From positions 23,393 through 87,392 of the forward strand of contig NZ_DASTNG010000017.1 in assembly GCF_035721105.1 (NCBI RefSeq): DNA of 64,000 nucleotides, written 5' to 3'. The DNA is from Arenimonas sp. GTDB taxonomy: Bacteria; Pseudomonadota; Gammaproteobacteria; Xanthomonadales; Xanthomonadaceae. The notes under the pieces were generated by a model, which searched no databases, was not told the DNA's origin, and saw nothing but the letters and a program-made list of their open reading frames with translations. Shown one piece after another: positions 60,125 to 64,000 of the stretch. Both the position numbers and the translations under genes were made by a program. Positions within the stretch are counted from its first letter, which is position 1. Every line of letters starts with the position of its first letter.

Positions 60125-60270
60125 TTCAACGCGGATAAAAGCGGATAAACACGGATAAACGCGGATAGAGCAAAAGATGGTCTGATCCACGCCAGCACCC
60201 AAAAACCGCCGAAAACCACTCAAGCCTTATCGGCTCTTATCCGCCTTTTCCGCTCTGATCCGTGTAAACC
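60125..60270. repeat. 10-nt-unit inverted-repeat element (copy 3)
   Basis: TTCAACGCGGATAAAAGCGGATAAACACGGATAAACGCGGATAGAGCAAAA ... TTATCGGCTCTTATCCGCCTTTTCCGCTCTGATCCGTGTAAA. Confidence 0.87.
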
Positions 60271-60274
60271 GCTC

Positions 60275-61060
60275 TTACTCCAACGGCAGGAAGCCAGCCG
60301 GCCCGACCATGCGAAAAGGAATGGCGGCCAAGGCCAGCCCAGCATTGACCTGGACCGCGAAATGCAGATGCGGCCCGCTGGAGTAGCCCGTGTTGCCGGT
60401 GCGACCGATGACCTGCCCCAGCGACACCGTGTCGCCCGGGCGGACGAAGACCCCGTCCGGCTGCAGGTGGGCGTACAGCGCCATGCTGCCGTCCTCGTGC
60501 AGGACCCGGATGAGGTTGGCGCGGTTGGCCAGGGCCGGGTCAACCCCGCCTTCGCGGAAGTTGCCCTCGGCCTGCATCACCACGCCGGCGCGGGCGGCCA
60601 GCACCGGCGTGCCCTCGGGCACGATCAGGTCGACGGCGTAGCGGTTGGCGCGGTCCTGGTGGCTGAAGCCACCGTGGAAGCCCTGGCCCAGCTCGAAGCG
60701 GCGCTCGTCCACCGGCAGCGAATAGACCACGTCGCGCGCGACCTGGCCCGGTTCGCCGGCGGTGGCGTCCAGGCGCAGCGACTGCCGGGCATTGGCCGAC
60801 AGCGCCGTCAGCCGGACCAGCCGCACCCGCGCCCGCGGCGGCAGCACCTGGCGCAGGGGCAGGGCGGTGTCGTTGGCCATGTCGACCAGCTCCAGCGCGT
60901 TGAGCTCGACTTCCACCGGGCCGGCCAGCCGGTTCACGGCGTAGGCGACCACGTCCTGGCCGCGGCGCTCGATCACCAGCTCGGCCGGGCTGTCGTCATC
61001 CGCGACGGCGGGGCCGACGACGCCCAGCAGGGCGCAGGCCAGCCAGCGCCAGGCCTTCAC
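60275..61060 (-). CDS. M23 family metallopeptidase
   Basis: SH...AVDLIVPEGTPVLAARAG, YAHL, GNTGYSSGPHLHF. Confidence 0.9.
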   Translation of the reverse strand: MKAWRWLACALLGVVGPAVADDDSPAELVIERRGQDVVAYAVNRLAGPVEVELNALELVDMANDTALPLRQVLPPRARVRLVRLTALSANARQSLRLDATAGEPGQVARDVVYSLPVDERRFELGQGFHGGFSHQDRANRYAVDLIVPEGTPVLAARAGVVMQAEGNFREGGVDPALANRANLIRVLHEDGSMALYAHLQPDGVFVRPGDTVSLGQVIGRTGNTGYSSGPHLHFAVQVNAGLALAAIPFRMVGPAGFLPLE

Positions 61061-63264
61061 TCCCAGAAGCCCCGCGCCGGCGCCGCGAAATAGGTGCCGA
61101 TCGGCAGCGGCCGGTCCACCGCGTGGCCCTGCGCATAGTCCACGCCCATCGCGGCCAGCGCCTTGCGCTGGGCTTCGGACTCGGTGTGCTCGGCGATGCT
61201 GTGCTTGCCCAGCACGTGCGCGATCTCGTTGATCGAGCGCACCACCGCCAGCGACAGCGGCGAGGTGTCCATGTCGCGCACGAAGCTGCCGTCGATCTTG
61301 AAGTAGTCCACGTCCAGCGCCTGCACGTAGTTGAACGAGCAGAAGCCGGTGCCGAAGTCATCGAGGGCGAAGCGGCAGCCCAGCGAGCGCATCTCGGTGA
61401 TGAAGCGCTGGGCCCGGGCCAGGTCGCGCACCGCGCTGGTTTCGGTGACCTCGAAGCACAGCTTGCTGCCCGGGAAATTCCCGCGCCGCAGGCGTTCGGC
61501 CACGTAGCCGATGAAGCCGTCGTCGATCAGCGCATCGCCCGAGAGGTTGATGGCGCAGGTATGCACGGTGGCGGCGGCGTCCGGGTTGGTGGCCATCCAG
61601 TCCAGGGTCCGGCCGATCACCTCGCGGTCGATGCGCGTGCCCAGGTGGAAGCGCTCGGCCGCGGGCATGAAGCGCCCCGGCATCATCAGCTCGCCCGTGC
61701 GCGGGTCGCGCAGTCGCAGCAGCACCTCGAAGTGGCGGCCCTCCTGCAGGCCCTCGCGCAGCGGCACGATGCTCTGGCAGTGCAGCTCCAGCGCGTGGTG
61801 CTCGAGCGACTCGCGGATGCGTACCACCCACTTCATCGCGGCGGTGCGGTCGAGCAGCTCGCCGCCGTCGAGGCTGGCCAGGCAGACCCGGTTGCCGCCC
61901 TGTTCCTTGGCGGTGAAGCAGGCGGCATCGGCCTGCGACAGCAGCTGCGCGTAGTCGCACTGGCCGGGCTGGCAGGACACCAGGCCGACGCTGGCGGTGG
62001 TGGCCAGCATCTGCCCGTCCCAGCCGCAGCGATAGCCCTCGATGGCGCGCAGCAGGGCGCGGGCGCGGTCCTCGGCCACCATCGGCGTGCAGTTGCGCAG
62101 CAGCAGCGCGAACTCGTCGCCGCCGGTGCGGGCCAGCAGGTCGCCGCGGTGGCGGTGCGCCTCGATCACCCCGGCCACGCCGCGGATCATGCTGTCGCCG
62201 GCGACGTGGCTGGCGGTGTCGTTGATCAGCTTGAAGTGGTCCAGGTCCAGGTAGGCCAGCGCCATCTGCGGCGCGCCGAGCTCGGCCAGTGCGGCGCGCA
62301 CCTGCTCCTCGAAGGCGTTGCGGTTGGCCAGGCCGGTCAGCGGGTCGGTGTTGGCGCGCTGGATCAGGTGGGCGGCGCCGGTGCGCTGCTGGTGCATCGC
62401 GAACGAGAGGATCATCGGCAGCGCCGCCACCGCGATCAGGAAGGACAGCAGGCTGATGCTGTCGCGGGTGTGCGCCGGCGCCGGGTAGCCCGCCAGCGCC
62501 ATGCCGGCCATGCCGGCCACCAGCAGCATGGTCACGGCGATCGCCAGCGCCGTGTGCAGCGGCGGGAAGCGCAGCGCGCTCCACACCAGCACGCCCAGCG
62601 GCAGCGCCACCAGGCCGAGCGCATAGTTGCCGCCCAGGCTGCCGACCCAGGCCATCAGCAGGTAGCTGGCGGCCATCACCACGTTCCACAGCAGCTGCTC
62701 GGGCTCGGCCGCGTAGCCGGTGCCGTCGCCGACCCGGCGGCGTTCGCGGCGGGCCAGCGCCAGCAGCACCGCCGGCGCCACGCTGGCCACGCCCAGCAGG
62801 TCGCCCAGGAACCAGGTGGCCACCGCGGCCGGCAGCCCCGCCAGGGGGATCAGGCCGGCCTGCACCATGCCCACCGTGCCGATGGCGGCGCTGGTGAGCG
62901 CCATCGCCATGCCGCCGGCCAGCGCCCGCAGGCCGAAGTCGACCGTCAGCGGGTCGTTGCCCTGGGCGCGCTTGAGCAGCGACGCCCCCACCAGCACGCC
63001 GATGAAATTGCTGGCCAGCGACCAGGGCAGGAAACCGAGCGGCACCGGCGCGAACAGCAGGTGCACCAGCAGCCCGCCGATCGGCACGAACACCGCCCAG
63101 CGCACGCCGAACCGCATCACGCCCGCCAGCGCCACGCCCGAGGCGGGCCAGAACAGCGTGACCTCGTCGGTGCCGTCGATCAGTGCGTGGGAATAGGCGC
63201 CGCCGGCCACGTACAGCGCCACCAAGAGGGCGAACAGTCCGATCCGGCGGGTGTGCTGTTGCAT
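61057..63264 (-). CDS. MASE1-GGDEF-EAL c-di-GMP enzyme
   Basis: MASE1-like TM region (FWPASGVALA), GGDEF in RTGGDEF, EVL and DDFGTG EAL motifs. Confidence 0.9.
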   Translation of the reverse strand: MQQHTRRIGLFALLVALYVAGGAYSHALIDGTDEVTLFWPASGVALAGVMRFGVRWAVFVPIGGLLVHLLFAPVPLGFLPWSLASNFIGVLVGASLLKRAQGNDPLTVDFGLRALAGGMAMALTSAAIGTVGMVQAGLIPLAGLPAAVATWFLGDLLGVASVAPAVLLALARRERRRVGDGTGYAAEPEQLLWNVVMAASYLLMAWVGSLGGNYALGLVALPLGVLVWSALRFPPLHTALAIAVTMLLVAGMAGMALAGYPAPAHTRDSISLLSFLIAVAALPMILSFAMHQQRTGAAHLIQRANTDPLTGLANRNAFEEQVRAALAELGAPQMALAYLDLDHFKLINDTASHVAGDSMIRGVAGVIEAHRHRGDLLARTGGDEFALLLRNCTPMVAEDRARALLRAIEGYRCGWDGQMLATTASVGLVSCQPGQCDYAQLLSQADAACFTAKEQGGNRVCLASLDGGELLDRTAAMKWVVRIRESLEHHALELHCQSIVPLREGLQEGRHFEVLLRLRDPRTGELMMPGRFMPAAERFHLGTRIDREVIGRTLDWMATNPDAAATVHTCAINLSGDALIDDGFIGYVAERLRRGNFPGSKLCFEVTETSAVRDLARAQRFITEMRSLGCRFALDDFGTGFCSFNYVQALDVDYFKIDGSFVRDMDTSPLSLAVVRSINEIAHVLGKHSIAEHTESEAQRKALAAMGVDYAQGHAVDRPLPIGTYFAAPARGFWE

Positions 63265-63297
63265 GCCCCGAGGATAGGCCGCGGGACCCGCCCCCGA

Positions 63298-63999
63298 CTA
63301 GGGGGCGCGCACCCCGTCCGAGCCCAGCAGCTCGAACTTGCCCGAGGCCAGCAGGTCGGCCTCGCCGTTCTGAAGGGCGGCCAGCAGCCCGGGCAGGTCG
63401 GCGTGGGGCAGGGGCCGGTAGGCGGCCCAGCCGTTCCGGCCGTGGGCCTTCACGTGGTACAGGGCGCGGTCGGCCAGCTCCACCATCTGCTCCCAGCCCA
63501 GGCTGCCGCGGGCGTCCCGGAACAGCGGGCATTCGATGAAGCCGATCGAGCAGGTGAGCGAGATCGGCTCGTCCGTGCCGACGTCGAAGCGGTGGCTGGC
63601 GATGGCCTGGCGGATGCGCTCGCCCAGGATCGGCAGGTGCCGGTTCGGCATGGGTCGGAACACGACCAGGAACTCCTCGCCGCCCCAGCGCGCGATGTAG
63701 TCGCCGGTGCGCACCAGGTGGCCCAGGACCTGGGCGAACTGCTGCAGCACGCGGTCGCCGGCGGCGTGGCCGTAGCGGTCGTTGACGGCCTTGAAGTGGT
63801 CCACGTCGACCAGGGCGAACACCATCACTTCGCCCGGGGTGGCGCGGCGCACGACTTCGCGGTCGTAGTAGGCGATGTCGGCCGGGATCTGGTTGGCCAG
63901 GTAGCGGCGGTTGCGCAGGCCGGTCAGCGGGTCGGTCTGGCTGGCCTCCTCGAGCCGGAAGTTGGCCACCTCCAGCGCCTCGGTGCGCTGGCTGACCAG
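63298..63999 (-). CDS. Diguanylate cyclase, C-terminal part (N-terminus outside window)
   Basis: Coiled coil VSQRTEALEVAN, TDPLTGLRNRR, RTGD I-site, RWGGEEF. Frame open to the window edge. Confidence 0.88.
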   Translation of the reverse strand: MVSQRTEALEVANFRLEEASQTDPLTGLRNRRYLANQIPADIAYYDREVVRRATPGEVMVFALVDVDHFKAVNDRYGHAAGDRVLQQFAQVLGHLVRTGDYIARWGGEEFLVVFRPMPNRHLPILGERIRQAIASHRFDVGTDEPISLTCSIGFIECPLFRDARGSLGWEQMVELADRALYHVKAHGRNGWAAYRPLPHADLPGLLAALQNGEADLLASGKFELLGSDGVRAP

Positions 64000-64000
64000 G

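Overview
High-GC Xanthomonadales-type (Lysobacteraceae-like) chromosomal window. The taxon is inferred from gene order and REP type. No rRNA, tRNA, CRISPR array or intact transposase is visible. Order: DUF2066/AI-2E/hda, a membrane GGDEF gene and amgK-murU (1-5.8 kb). Then a ~31 kb Wzx/Wzy-Wza/Wzc polysaccharide locus (6.2-37.0 kb) containing manC, wecA-like, a phosphatase, wza, wzc, a J-domain membrane protein, a TPR protein, a small secreted protein with an O-ligase/OTase-like gene, tviB-like, an epimerase, an inverted CDP-aminosugar cassette, an OafA-type acyltransferase, wzx, four GT4s, an EpsG polymerase, an ATP-grasp ligase and a deacetylase. Then serA with a divergent FAD oxidoreductase, hslO, mtgA, a GT2, a CBS protein, a hemolysin-III protein, prfC and an Ig-repeat autotransporter. 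Finally, two phytase-like lipoprotein genes flanking a SAM-I-riboswitch metX-metB-hom operon, a TonB receptor, an M23 peptidase and two c-di-GMP genes. Most unusual signals: (i) a GTAG-type REP doublet in 9 copies, 5 of which overlap CDSs (in-frame peptide insertions in ManC, MetX and the J-domain protein, a REP-encoded C-terminus, and a REP-donated stop codon); (ii) an orphan ~300 nt multi-helix structured element at 51.06-51.35 kb whose architecture is reminiscent of IS110 bridge/seekRNA; (iii) a second ~150 bp inverted-repeat family built of 10-nt units, found only at convergent gene junctions; (iv) a monocistronic secreted protein directly upstream of an O-ligase/OTase-like gene, a candidate protein-glycosylation or protein-anchored capsule system. 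Start codons were picked by eye from RBS and overlap logic. All functional calls come from motif recognition, not database searches.
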